A stretch of DNA of 62,339 nucleotides from Actinomycetota bacterium (GTDB lineage: Bacteria; Actinomycetota; Actinomycetes; Actinomycetales; Microbacteriaceae), in contig SXMH01000156.1 of the NCBI GenBank assembly GCA_005777405.1, positions 1-62,339 on the forward strand. The letters run 5' to 3'. A program made the translations under genes and the position numbers. Positions 19,561 to 28,588 of this stretch are shown here, piece after piece. A model generated the notes under the pieces. It was given only the letters and a program-made list of their open reading frames with translations. It ran no database searches and was not told where the DNA came from. The stretch's first letter is position 1. Each line of letters opens with the position of its first letter.

Positions 19561-20568
19561 ATGGCAGAGCCAGGCGAGAGCCGCGTTGCGGTCTACATCG
19601 ACTTCGACAACATCATCATCTCGCGCTACGACCAGCATCACGGTCGCGGAGCGTGGCGCAAAGACAACGTCTACCGGCTCTCTCCGGGCCTCGCCGACGC
19701 GCCCGACGAGCTCGTGGCGAAAGTGCGCGAAGCGACCGTCGACCTCGGTGCCATTCTCGATTTCGCATCGAGCTTCGGCCCCATCGTCATCTCGCGCGCG
19801 TACGCCGACTGGTCGATCGGCGTCAACGCGAGCTACCAAGGCCAGCTCATGGAGCGTGCCGTCGACCTCACCCAGCTCTTTCCCGCGACCCAGCAGATGA
19901 AGAACGGCGCCGATATTCGCCTGTCGGTCGATGTGGTCGAAGACCTCTTCCGGTTGCCCGACATCACACACGTGGTCATCGCGGCGGGCGATAGCGACTA
20001 CATCGCGCTCGCCCAGCGCGCCAAACGCCTCGGCCGCTACATCGTGGGCATCGGCGTTGCCGGCGGCACGAGCAAGAGCCTCAAGGCGGCCTGCAACGAG
20101 TACGCCGACTACGACACGCTGCCGGGCGTGCGCCAAGCACCTCCGGTGCGTCGCGCGTCGACATCGGCGAAAGCTACCGTCGCTCCCGCGGTGGATGCTC
20201 CCGCCGAGCCGGCGGCGCGCTCGCGCCGCGCATCCTCGCCCTCGACTGCCGCGCCGGCGAGCACCGACGACACTGATGTCGCCCGAGACGAGGTCGATCG
20301 CAACGCCGTCGTCGAGCCGCCCACCTCGAAGCGCGCGTCAACCGCGCTACTCGTCAAAGCACTCGAGTTGCTCGGCGAGAAAGACGACGACAGCGATTGG
20401 GTGCACGCTTCCACTCTGAAGCAACAGATGAAGCGGCTCGACTCGGCGTTCAACGAGCGGGCGCTCGGCTATGAGAGTTTCACCGAGTTCGTGAAGTCAC
20501 GCGCCAACCTCGTTGAGCTCGACGAGAGTTCACCCGTACGTCTCGTGCGGGCGCGGCCCGCGCGCTGA
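19561..20568 (+). CDS. NYN (PIN-like) domain protein with C-terminal OST-HTH/LOTUS domain
   Basis: VYIDFDN, RAYADW, KNGADIRL, GDSDY; C-terminal LKQQMKRLDSAFNERALGYESFTEF. Confidence 0.9.
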   Translation: MAEPGESRVAVYIDFDNIIISRYDQHHGRGAWRKDNVYRLSPGLADAPDELVAKVREATVDLGAILDFASSFGPIVISRAYADWSIGVNASYQGQLMERAVDLTQLFPATQQMKNGADIRLSVDVVEDLFRLPDITHVVIAAGDSDYIALAQRAKRLGRYIVGIGVAGGTSKSLKAACNEYADYDTLPGVRQAPPVRRASTSAKATVAPAVDAPAEPAARSRRASSPSTAAPASTDDTDVARDEVDRNAVVEPPTSKRASTALLVKALELLGEKDDDSDWVHASTLKQQMKRLDSAFNERALGYESFTEFVKSRANLVELDESSPVRLVRARPAR

Positions 20569-20579
20569 GGCTGCCGAGT

Positions 20580-21656
20580 TCAGAAACTGGCGTAGCGGGA
20601 GAGCGCTGCGTCGAGTCTTTCGGGCGCGACAGCCTCGAAGAGGTCGAGCTCCGCGTGACCCGAGTCATCACGCCACGTGCCGACCACTCGGCCGTCGACG
20701 ACCACGAGTGGTCGAAACACCGCGTTGGCAAGCTGCATCACGCGATCGGCGTAGTCGTCGTCGACGTGATCGTGCCGCCGCTCATAGCCGAGCAGCCAGT
20801 GATCGAAGCCCGGCAGCACGTGCGCTCCGCTCGCGCCATCACCAGACCACGACTCGACGCTCGCGCGGCTCGCGAAGAGCGTGCGTCCGTCGAAAACCAC
20901 CTCGACGAGCCGGTCGCGCACCGACTCGATCGCGGCTCGCGCATCGCGCAGGGTGATCTTCGCCCACCACGCCAGATCTCGGTCGCTCACCGGGCCGTGA
21001 CCGTGCACGTAGCGCAGCGCGAGTTCGGCGAGAGCCTGGTCACGGTCGAGCACGCGCGGTTCACGCACCCATTCGTCGACGAGCACGAGCGCCTGCTGCG
21101 GGGCGGCCGACGGTCGAGGGGCCGCGATCGTCGGACCCCAGCACACGAGGCCCACCTGCTGCAGGTGGAACAGCAGGTGGTATCCCCGGCCGCCGTCGGT
21201 GCGCAACCCCGCCTGGTCGAAGACCGCAAGTGCTGCCGAGCGCTCAAGCGACCTGCCGCCGCTCAACGCGTCGACGAGCGCCGCAGCAGCTCGATCGATG
21301 ACGGCGCCGTCGATGCCCAATGCTGCCCGACGACTGGCCGCCGACTGCAGCGTGCGCTCAGCGGTGAGGCTCAGCATCCATGGCAGGTCGTTCGCGGCGA
21401 CAAGATGCAAGGTGCCCCGCACCGGCATCGAGCGCACGACACTGCCCATGTCGAGCGCCGCGATGACATCGCCTCGCTGCAGCGTCGAGCGGGCGCCGAC
21501 CGCCCAGAAGGCGGCCGAGAGATCTTGCGCCTGCACGGCGAGCAGGTGCTGCACGACGTCACGCGCAGACTGGTCGTCAGGTCGTCCGTCGGCCGTGATG
21601 CGCTGGCTGTGCAGGCGCAGCGAGCGCACGTGATCGATGTCAGCGAGCTCGATCAC
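20580..21656 (-). CDS. HTH_42 / AlkZ-like DNA glycosylase
   Basis: VQAQD (QxQ), RGTLH, HGPVSDRDLAWW, LPGFDHWLLGY, DGRVVGTW. Confidence 0.85.
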   Translation of the reverse strand: MIELADIDHVRSLRLHSQRITADGRPDDQSARDVVQHLLAVQAQDLSAAFWAVGARSTLQRGDVIAALDMGSVVRSMPVRGTLHLVAANDLPWMLSLTAERTLQSAASRRAALGIDGAVIDRAAAALVDALSGGRSLERSAALAVFDQAGLRTDGGRGYHLLFHLQQVGLVCWGPTIAAPRPSAAPQQALVLVDEWVREPRVLDRDQALAELALRYVHGHGPVSDRDLAWWAKITLRDARAAIESVRDRLVEVVFDGRTLFASRASVESWSGDGASGAHVLPGFDHWLLGYERRHDHVDDDYADRVMQLANAVFRPLVVVDGRVVGTWRDDSGHAELDLFEAVAPERLDAALSRYASF

Positions 21657-21666
21657 GACGTGCAGA

Positions 21667-22926
21667 TCAGGCTGAGCGGCGGCGCGCGATCACCACGCTC
21701 ACCATGCCGAGCATCAACGCGAGAACAGCACCCGCCGCCAGCCCGGCCTGGAGTGAGTCGTCGGCGCCCGTGTCAGCGAGCTCTTCTTGCGCGGTGTGGC
21801 CCAGCTGCATCGAACCAGTGCCCCAGAACTGCACGCTGGCCGACTGAGCGGGAAGGTCGGCGAGCTGGTATCCCGCCTGCTCGAGCGAGAGGTCAGCAGA
21901 ACTCGAATCAGCCGACGCGGTGGCGGGCACGAACGCCGGCCGCACCTGGTCGAACGTCGTCACGACGACTGTGTAGTTGCCCGGCTCGAGGTCGACGACG
22001 AGCTCAGAGAACGTCGTCGGCAAGAAGCGGTCGTCGCCGTCGCGCGACGCGTAGTTCTCGTCGTTCGACAAGGCTTCCGAGTCGTCGTTGCAGGCAACTT
22101 GGTTCTCATCGAGCTGGTCGGGGTCGAAGTCGTCGTAGAGGATCACGAGGGGGTCGCTGATCGGCACGTAGTCGCCCCACGGGTTCGGGAGCGCGATCTC
22201 CCACTGCTGCTCGACGAAATCACCCACCTGATTCGAGACGAACTCTCCCGATTGTGCAGGGTCGACGCTGACGACGCGGAACGCAAAGGTTCCCGCTTCG
22301 GTCACCGAGACATCGAGCGTCGCGTAGACGCGTTCGCCACTGACCTGGCAAAGAATGTCGTCTCCGTCGCCGAAGTTTCCCGCTGACTCACTTCCTGCGG
22401 CAATCGCGAAGTCTTCGGTGAAGAGCAGATCGCCCCCAGGATCCGCGATGGGAACGGTGGCGGAGTACGCGAAGCGGATGACGTTGCCGTCGCCGAAGAA
22501 CATCTCGGCGTAGGTGTTCGGAGAGATCGCGTAGGCCGCGACCGCGCCGTCACTCGGGTCGAGGGCACTGATCTCGCCCACGAGGTCGTCATCGTCAAAG
22601 GCCTCGACCAGTGACGACACGTTGCTGCTCGAGAGTTCGCAGTCGAATCGCACCTCAGCAGTGCCTCCCGGCACCCAGACGAGCTGGATGTCGCCGTAGT
22701 CGGCCTGCTCGTCATCGATCGTGACGGCGACGATCTCCTCCCACTCATCGCAGTCGACGCTCAGCACATAGTTCGGGTAGGCCGACTCCACCGTGAAACC
22801 GGGGAACACCTCGGCCGGGTAGGTCTGCACCTCGGCGGCACTCGCTGCGGCTCCCCAGCCCAGCGTGAGCGTCACACCGAGTGCTACACCGGCAAGAGAC
22901 GTTGAACGTACGCGCTTCGACAGCAT
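21667..22926 (-). CDS. Secreted acidic surface protein with LADTG sorting signal (paralog 1)
   Basis: Signal peptide ending ASA-A; C-terminal LADTG + TM + RRR; PPC-like CNDD...DLEPGNYTVVVTT. Confidence 0.8.
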   Translation of the reverse strand: MLSKRVRSTSLAGVALGVTLTLGWGAAASAAEVQTYPAEVFPGFTVESAYPNYVLSVDCDEWEEIVAVTIDDEQADYGDIQLVWVPGGTAEVRFDCELSSSNVSSLVEAFDDDDLVGEISALDPSDGAVAAYAISPNTYAEMFFGDGNVIRFAYSATVPIADPGGDLLFTEDFAIAAGSESAGNFGDGDDILCQVSGERVYATLDVSVTEAGTFAFRVVSVDPAQSGEFVSNQVGDFVEQQWEIALPNPWGDYVPISDPLVILYDDFDPDQLDENQVACNDDSEALSNDENYASRDGDDRFLPTTFSELVVDLEPGNYTVVVTTFDQVRPAFVPATASADSSSADLSLEQAGYQLADLPAQSASVQFWGTGSMQLGHTAQEELADTGADDSLQAGLAAGAVLALMLGMVSVVIARRRSA

Positions 22927-23046
22927 CGATCGCCTTTCGGAACACCAGTGGGGATGAAGCTGAGCATAGTGCGACTTCAGTGCCGCGGTGCAGCCTTCGT
23001 GATGAAGTCTGCACCGCGGCAGGGTGAGGCCGGGCTCACGCGTCGC

Positions 23047-24213
23047 TCAGTCGCCCTTCACGTTGACGAGCTGCCGCAGCGTGTGCCGAATCTCGACCAG
23101 GTCGGTGGCATCAGCCATGACCTCGTCAATCGGCTTGTACGCGTGCGGAATCTCGTCGATGAAGGCGTCGGTGTCGCGAAACTCGATGCCCACCATCGCC
23201 TCACGCAGCTGATCCTGGGTGAAGGTTTGGCGAGCCTTCGACCGCGAGTAGAGCCTTCCGGCTCCGTGCGGCGACGACTCGATCGCCATCGCGTTGCCCT
23301 TGCCCTCCACAACGTACGATGCCGTGCCCATCGAGCCCGGAATCAATCCCGGCTCTCCGGCCTTGGCAGAGATCGCTCCCTTCCGGGAGACCCACACCTC
23401 TTTTCCGAAGTGCGTCTCTTTCTGCGTGAAGTTGTGGTGGCAGTTGATGCGCTCGAGCTCGGCAACAGGGCCGTCCACCCACTCGGTGAACTGCCGCAGC
23501 ACCCTGTCCATCATCTCCTCACGGTTGAGCAGCGCGTAGTGCTGCGCCCACCGCAACTCGGCGATGTACCGGCCGAACTCTGGCGTGCCCTCCACCAGGT
23601 AGGCGAGATCGGCGTCGGGCAACGGAATGAACCACTGCTCTGCGAGCTTCTTCGCGATGGCGATGTAGGTCTGGGCGATCTTGTTGCCCACACCCCGACT
23701 GCCCGAGTGCAAGAACAGCCACACCCGGTTGCGCTCGTCGGCCGACACCTCGATGAAGTGGTTGCCGCTGCCGAGCGTGCCCAACTGCTCACGCCACCGC
23801 CCCAGCCTTTGCCCCGGGTCGAAGCCGGCCTTCTCGGCCAGTGCCTCGAGCTCGGCGATGCGCGGCTGAGCCGTGGCGACGATCTTGTTGTTCGCGGCAC
23901 CCGCGCTCAGCGGGATGGCACGCTCGATGGCCAACCGCAACGGCGTGCGGTCATCCGGCAGCTGGTCGACCGTGCGGTCGGTCAGCACCGCGATCATCCC
24001 GCAGCCGATGTCGACTCCGACGGCCGCCGGCATGACGGCACGCAGGGTGGGGATGACCGAGCCCACGGTGGCGCCGAGGCCCAAGTGGGCATCGGGCATG
24101 AGGGCCAGGTGCGGGTAGATGAACGGCATGGTCGCGGTCGTGCGCGCCTGCTCGAGCGTCTTCTCGTCGAGGATGCTCGCCCAACTGGCGAGGGTCTTCG
24201 AGATCTTCTGCAT
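23047..24213 (-). CDS. rtcB: RtcB RNA 3'-phosphate/5'-OH ligase
   Basis: PDAHLG, GVDIGCG, GSGNHFIE, HSGSRG, CHHN, PGSMG, SSPHGAGR, DEIPHAYK; GAAAGG SD. Confidence 0.96.
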   Translation of the reverse strand: MQKISKTLASWASILDEKTLEQARTTATMPFIYPHLALMPDAHLGLGATVGSVIPTLRAVMPAAVGVDIGCGMIAVLTDRTVDQLPDDRTPLRLAIERAIPLSAGAANNKIVATAQPRIAELEALAEKAGFDPGQRLGRWREQLGTLGSGNHFIEVSADERNRVWLFLHSGSRGVGNKIAQTYIAIAKKLAEQWFIPLPDADLAYLVEGTPEFGRYIAELRWAQHYALLNREEMMDRVLRQFTEWVDGPVAELERINCHHNFTQKETHFGKEVWVSRKGAISAKAGEPGLIPGSMGTASYVVEGKGNAMAIESSPHGAGRLYSRSKARQTFTQDQLREAMVGIEFRDTDAFIDEIPHAYKPIDEVMADATDLVEIRHTLRQLVNVKGD

Positions 24214-24335
24214 GATCCTTTCGATTCTCTTCGGTGTTCGTCTCGTTCTGTCGTCGGTCGAGTGGATGCTCGACCGACCGGTCCCGAAGAGTCGCTGTCT
24301 GCTCCCCCGCGGTGGGAGCACCTGCTGATGGCAGC

Positions 24336-24376
24336 AGAAGAGAACGACGCCCCGGGCCTCACGGCACGGAGCGTCG
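24336..24376 (-). terminator. Intrinsic terminator (attenuator) in rtcB leader
   Basis: Minus strand CGACGCUCCG...CGGGGCGUCG stem followed by UUCUCUUCU. Confidence 0.75.
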
Positions 24377-24396
24377 CTGGATGCGACGGACCGCCC

Positions 24397-24471
24397 CTAG
24401 GTGAGGTCGGGAAGGAAGCGCTCGGGGCGCTGCGCGAGCTGTTCGCGAATCGGCGAATAGGCCATATTCAT
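24397..24471 (-). CDS. Putative rtcB leader peptide MNMAYSPIREQLAQRPERFLPDLT (24 aa)
   Basis: GGAAGGAG SD 7 nt before ATG; stop 20 nt before the terminator; below the ORF-track size cutoff. Confidence 0.65.
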   Translation of the reverse strand: MNMAYSPIREQLAQRPERFLPDLT

Positions 24472-24653
24472 GCTCGTGCTCCTTCCGTGGGCGGTGTTCT
24501 AGCGCCTGCCGAGTGCAGACGCGAGTCACGACACTAGCTCATGCATCCCGGGCGTGTCGCGCCCGATCGGTCACGGTTCGATCACGAGCGAGTCATGCTC
24601 GTGGTTCTATTGGAGGTCGGGCCTCGCGCCCGCAACTCTCACGGAGGCGCACC

Positions 24654-25970
24654 ATCATTCGCTCCACCGCTGCGCGTGCGCGGCAGAACCTCGTCGACCT
24701 GACGCCACTGCGCGAATCGCGCTCATTCCTCTGGCTGTGGCTCGGTGCGCTTGTCACCGGCATCGGCAGCCAGTTGACGATCGTCGCTGTCGGGCTCGAC
24801 GTCTATGCGCGCACCGAGTCGACGCTCGCGGTCTCGCTCGTCGCGGCGTTCGCTCTCGTGCCGATGATCGTGTTCGGTCTCTACGGCGGGATGCTCGCCG
24901 ACGCCGTCGACAGGCGCACCCTTGCTCTGCTCAGCACGGTGGTCGCCTGGGTGTCTGCCATCGCTCTTGCGGTGTACTCGTGGTCGGGCGCCGAGCCGGT
25001 CTGGCCGCTCTACGCGCTCATCACGGTCAACACCGTGGCCGCGACGATGGTGGGTGTGGCGCGCCAGGCCATCGTGCCCCGGCTGCTGCGGCGCGAGCTG
25101 CTGCCGGCGGCGGGGGCGCTCAACGGCATCAGTGCCGGGCTCATGCTCACCCTGGGGCCAGCACTCGCGGGTGTGCTCGTGGCCGGCGTGGGCATCCCGT
25201 GGACGTACACGCTCGATGCGGTGCTCTTCATTGCGGGGTTCCTCGGCCTGTGGGCCCTGCCGCCCGTGCGACCGGAAGGTGAGCTCAGTCGACCGGGATG
25301 GCGCTCGGTGGTCGAAGGCTGGCGGTTCGTGCGCGAGGCGCCGACGATTCGCGCGACCTACCTGCTCGACCTCTTCGCCATGACCTTCGGCAACCCTCGC
25401 GTGCTCTTTCCTGCGGTCGGGGCGCTGCTCATCGGCGGTGGTGCGATCACCGTCGGCGTGCTGACATCGGCGGTCGCTGTCGGCACGCTGCTGCTCGGCC
25501 TCTTCAGCGGGCGCATTAGTCAGGCGCGGTGGCAAGGCAGGGCGATGTCGTGGGGTGTGGCAGCCTACGGCGCCGCGATCGTGGCGCTCGGTCTCGTGCT
25601 GCTCGTGACCGCGCTGGTCGGCGGTGCCTCGAGCGAGTCGTTCGACGACGTGAACTGGCCGGCCCTCATCGCGGCGAGCATCGCTCTCGCCGCGGCGAGT
25701 GCCGCTGACAACCTCGCCATGATCTTCCGCTCGACCATCTTGCAGGCCGCCGTCGACGACTCCTTGCGCGGCCGCATGCAGGGGCTCTTCATCGTCGTCG
25801 TCACGGGCGGGCCGCGCATCGGCGATCTGTTCGTCGGCGTGCTGAGCCTCACCGCGCTGCTGTGGCTACCGCCCCTGCTCGGCGGGGTTGTCATCATCGT
25901 GGCTGTCGCGGTCATCGTGCGCGTGACACGCAGTCTGCGCGAGTACGACGCGCTCGACCCGCGGCCCTGA
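24654..25970 (+). CDS. MFS transporter (EntS/MFS_3-like); start uncertain
   Basis: VDLTPLR, GGMLADAVDRR, LRGRMQG, GGPRIGD; GGAGG precedes an in-frame ATC at 24654. Confidence 0.85.
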   Translation: MIRSTAARARQNLVDLTPLRESRSFLWLWLGALVTGIGSQLTIVAVGLDVYARTESTLAVSLVAAFALVPMIVFGLYGGMLADAVDRRTLALLSTVVAWVSAIALAVYSWSGAEPVWPLYALITVNTVAATMVGVARQAIVPRLLRRELLPAAGALNGISAGLMLTLGPALAGVLVAGVGIPWTYTLDAVLFIAGFLGLWALPPVRPEGELSRPGWRSVVEGWRFVREAPTIRATYLLDLFAMTFGNPRVLFPAVGALLIGGGAITVGVLTSAVAVGTLLLGLFSGRISQARWQGRAMSWGVAAYGAAIVALGLVLLVTALVGGASSESFDDVNWPALIAASIALAAASAADNLAMIFRSTILQAAVDDSLRGRMQGLFIVVVTGGPRIGDLFVGVLSLTALLWLPPLLGGVVIIVAVAVIVRVTRSLREYDALDPRP

Positions 25971-26006
25971 CGCCGGGCAGGCAACCGAGTGCAACCCGCC
26001 TCAACG

Positions 26007-26047
26007 TGACGGTGCGGGATGCTCGAGGCGAGCATCCCGCACCGTCA
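26007..26047. terminator. Perfect 19-bp inverted repeat between convergent genes
   Basis: TGACGGTGCGGGATGCTCG-AGG-CGAGCATCCCGCACCGTCA. Confidence 0.85.
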
Positions 26048-26058
26048 GGTTGTGTCAG

Positions 26059-27288
26059 CTAGGCCGTGCGGCGTCGCGCGATCGTGACCGCCGCTGCGCC
26101 GACAAGGAGGGCGAGCAGGGCGGCGATGGCCAGGCCAGTCGAGCGAGCCGAGTCGGGGCCCGTCTCGGCGAGTTCTGCGGCGTGGCCCAGTTCGAGACCA
26201 CCCTCAACGCCCCAGAACTGCACGGTGGCGCTTTGCTCGGGCAGCCCGTCGAGCTCGTACTCTGCGGGAGCCAGCGGGGCGTCGGCCGCGTCGACCTTGG
26301 CGGGTGCCGCGGAGGGGTCGGGCGAGCCCACCGTGTCGTAGGTCGTCACGACAAGCGTGTATTCACCGGGCTCGAGATCGACGATCAGCTCGGGGTACAC
26401 GCCGCTGATGAAGTGGTTGGCCGAGTCACGCATGAACACGTTGTTCGACAGGTCGACATCGATGTCGTCGTTGCACTCAACCAGACCCTGAGCCGGCTGA
26501 TCGGGGTCGAAGCTGCTGTACAGCACGAAGAAGGGGTCAGCGATCGGCACGTAGTCGCCCCAAGGATTGGGCTCGTACGTCCACCAATCGGCGAACTCGC
26601 TGCCGAGTCGAAGCTCGCCGCTCTGCAGCGGCGATACGTCGACAACGCGGAACGTGTATGCGCCGCCTTCGAGCACCGTGAACTCGATCGCCGCGTACAC
26701 CCGCTCCTCGTCGAGATCGCACTCGACGAAGGGCTCGTCGGTAATTCCCTCTGCGAAGTCGAGGGTCTGTGTTCCGTTCTCCGGGGTCGTCGCTTCCTGC
26801 GTCAGCAGCAGGTCGCCTGCCGGATCATCGAGTTCGACCGAGGCGAAGTAGTAGATGAAGATCGTGTGCTCGCCGAGGTCGAACTGAATGGCAGTGTTGG
26901 GGTCGAACGAGTACACAAGCTCGATGTCACCCGTTCCCGCGGTCGTCTCGTACCCGGCCGGGAAGTCGCCTCCGTCGAGTTCATCATCAACGGGCTCGAC
27001 GTAGAGGTCTTCTGGCTCACACGTGAGATTGATGTCGAGGGTTCCGCCGGGCACCCACGCGAGTTCGAAGTCGCCATAGCCAGCATCGCTGTCGTCTTCG
27101 ACCCACTCGTCACAATCGATCGTGATCTCGTAGTTGGGATACGGCGCCTCGATGGTGAAGCCGGGAAGAAGCTCGAAGGGGTAGGTCGTGACCTCGGCTG
27201 CGGTGGCAGCCGAGGCAAGACCGAGCGTGGCAGCGGAGGCAAGGGCGACGGTCGCGATGACCGACGAACGAGTGCGCGTAGACAACAA
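26059..27288 (-). CDS. Secreted acidic surface protein with LAETG sorting signal (paralog 2)
   Basis: Colinear with paralog 1 (YPNY, WVPGG, NPWGDYVPI, CNDD, VQFWG); GAAAGG before TTG. Confidence 0.8.
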   Translation of the reverse strand: MLSTRTRSSVIATVALASAATLGLASAATAAEVTTYPFELLPGFTIEAPYPNYEITIDCDEWVEDDSDAGYGDFELAWVPGGTLDINLTCEPEDLYVEPVDDELDGGDFPAGYETTAGTGDIELVYSFDPNTAIQFDLGEHTIFIYYFASVELDDPAGDLLLTQEATTPENGTQTLDFAEGITDEPFVECDLDEERVYAAIEFTVLEGGAYTFRVVDVSPLQSGELRLGSEFADWWTYEPNPWGDYVPIADPFFVLYSSFDPDQPAQGLVECNDDIDVDLSNNVFMRDSANHFISGVYPELIVDLEPGEYTLVVTTYDTVGSPDPSAAPAKVDAADAPLAPAEYELDGLPEQSATVQFWGVEGGLELGHAAELAETGPDSARSTGLAIAALLALLVGAAAVTIARRRTA

Positions 27289-27391
27289 AGGAGACCTTTC
27301 GGGTAGACCTCGGTGAAGCATGCTTGAGGCCGAGCGTACACTGCCAGCCGCCTCACAGGAATGCGGTTGCTCACCCCATCTGTGGCCGTGA

Positions 27392-28147
27392 TCATTGGCC
27401 GGGCCGCCACTCGTTCTCCGTCCAGATCACACGCCGCAGCACGGGTCTTTCGATCGCACTGAAGAGGCTGCTGACGACGAGATAGATCGCCGCGCCGAAG
27501 GGCACGAGCAGTGCCGGAATGATGGCGACAAACGGCAGCACGCCGAGCAACGGGGCGGCGGCGGCGGGCAGGTCGGGCGACGGGATGCCCTGCTGCAGCA
27601 TCCTCATCGCGCGTCGCTGCAGCAGCCCCGACAGCACCAGCAGTGCGATGACGGTCGCCGACACCACGAGTGCTGCGGCGTCGCCGCCGACCACCGCCGC
27701 GACGAGCGGCTCGCCGAAGCCGACCCCCACGAGCTGCTCCGCGCGGAGCGGATTCGCCTCACCCCCAATGGTCGGGCTCGCGAGCACGAGGTACAGCAGC
27801 GAGACGATCGGGGCTTGAGCGAGCATGGTTCCCATGCCCGCGACGGGCGAGACTCCCGCGTCTCGGTAGAGCTGCATCGTGCGGCGCTGCAGCTCGTCTG
27901 GCCGCTTCTTCCATCGGGTGCGCAGGGCTGCGAGGTGCGGCGCGAGGCGCCGACGCGCACCCTCCGCCCGCACGAGACGAATGTCGAGGGGAATGAGCGC
28001 CGCCCGCACGGCAAGGGTGATGAGAATGACGGCGAGTGCGGCGGCGGTGGCACCCGCAAAGGGGTCGAGAACGATGACGAACTCGTGCAACGCAGTAGCG
28101 CCAAGTTGCACGAATGGGCCGATGATCGGCCAGATGGTGAGGTCCAT
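27392..28147 (-). CDS. yidC: YidC/Oxa1 membrane protein insertase (secondary YidC2-type)
   Basis: LITLAVRAALIPL, helical hairpin LAPHLAALRTRWK...MQLYR, LAQAPI, AIYLVVS; AGGAG SD. Confidence 0.88.
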   Translation of the reverse strand: MDLTIWPIIGPFVQLGATALHEFVIVLDPFAGATAAALAVILITLAVRAALIPLDIRLVRAEGARRRLAPHLAALRTRWKKRPDELQRRTMQLYRDAGVSPVAGMGTMLAQAPIVSLLYLVLASPTIGGEANPLRAEQLVGVGFGEPLVAAVVGGDAAALVVSATVIALLVLSGLLQRRAMRMLQQGIPSPDLPAAAAPLLGVLPFVAIIPALLVPFGAAIYLVVSSLFSAIERPVLRRVIWTENEWRPGQ

Positions 28148-28256
28148 GAGTACTCCTGAGGTCGAGCGATGTGCGGAGGCGTCAGGCCACCGCACCCTCA
28201 ACGACGACCGGTGCGACCGGGTCGGAGCGTGCTCGAGTCGCGCTGCGGCGCGAAAC

Positions 28257-28559
28257 TCAGGCGGCCGAAGCCGCCACGCCGGGTGCCCGAGACAGGGGGC
28301 GACCGGGAGTGAGAGGATGCGCAGGCTCGGCCTGCTCGCCGAGCGACTCGCGATGCGCCCGCGCTCGGCTGCTCACGGCGAGCTCGCCTCGCGCGGTGGG
28401 CCGGGCAGCGGCCTTCGCGATGAGGGCGAGCCCCACGAGCGTGAGCACCGAGGCTGCCACGATGCTCGCGGTGGCGAGCAGCGACGGCTGCCCGAGCGCG
28501 AAAGCGACGAGCACGGCGACGCCGACGTTGACGGCGCGATGCGGATGAGTGTGAGTCAT
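28257..28559 (-). CDS. ApcA-like translation-arrest peptide (DUF6412-type) upstream of yidC
   Basis: N-terminal TM segments; C-terminal HPLTPGRPLSRAPG near the stop; position directly before yidC. Confidence 0.75.
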   Translation of the reverse strand: MTHTHPHRAVNVGVAVLVAFALGQPSLLATASIVAASVLTLVGLALIAKAAARPTARGELAVSSRARAHRESLGEQAEPAHPLTPGRPLSRAPGVAASAA

Positions 28560-28588
28560 GGGGCCACCGGGCGGATGCTCGCCCCGCG

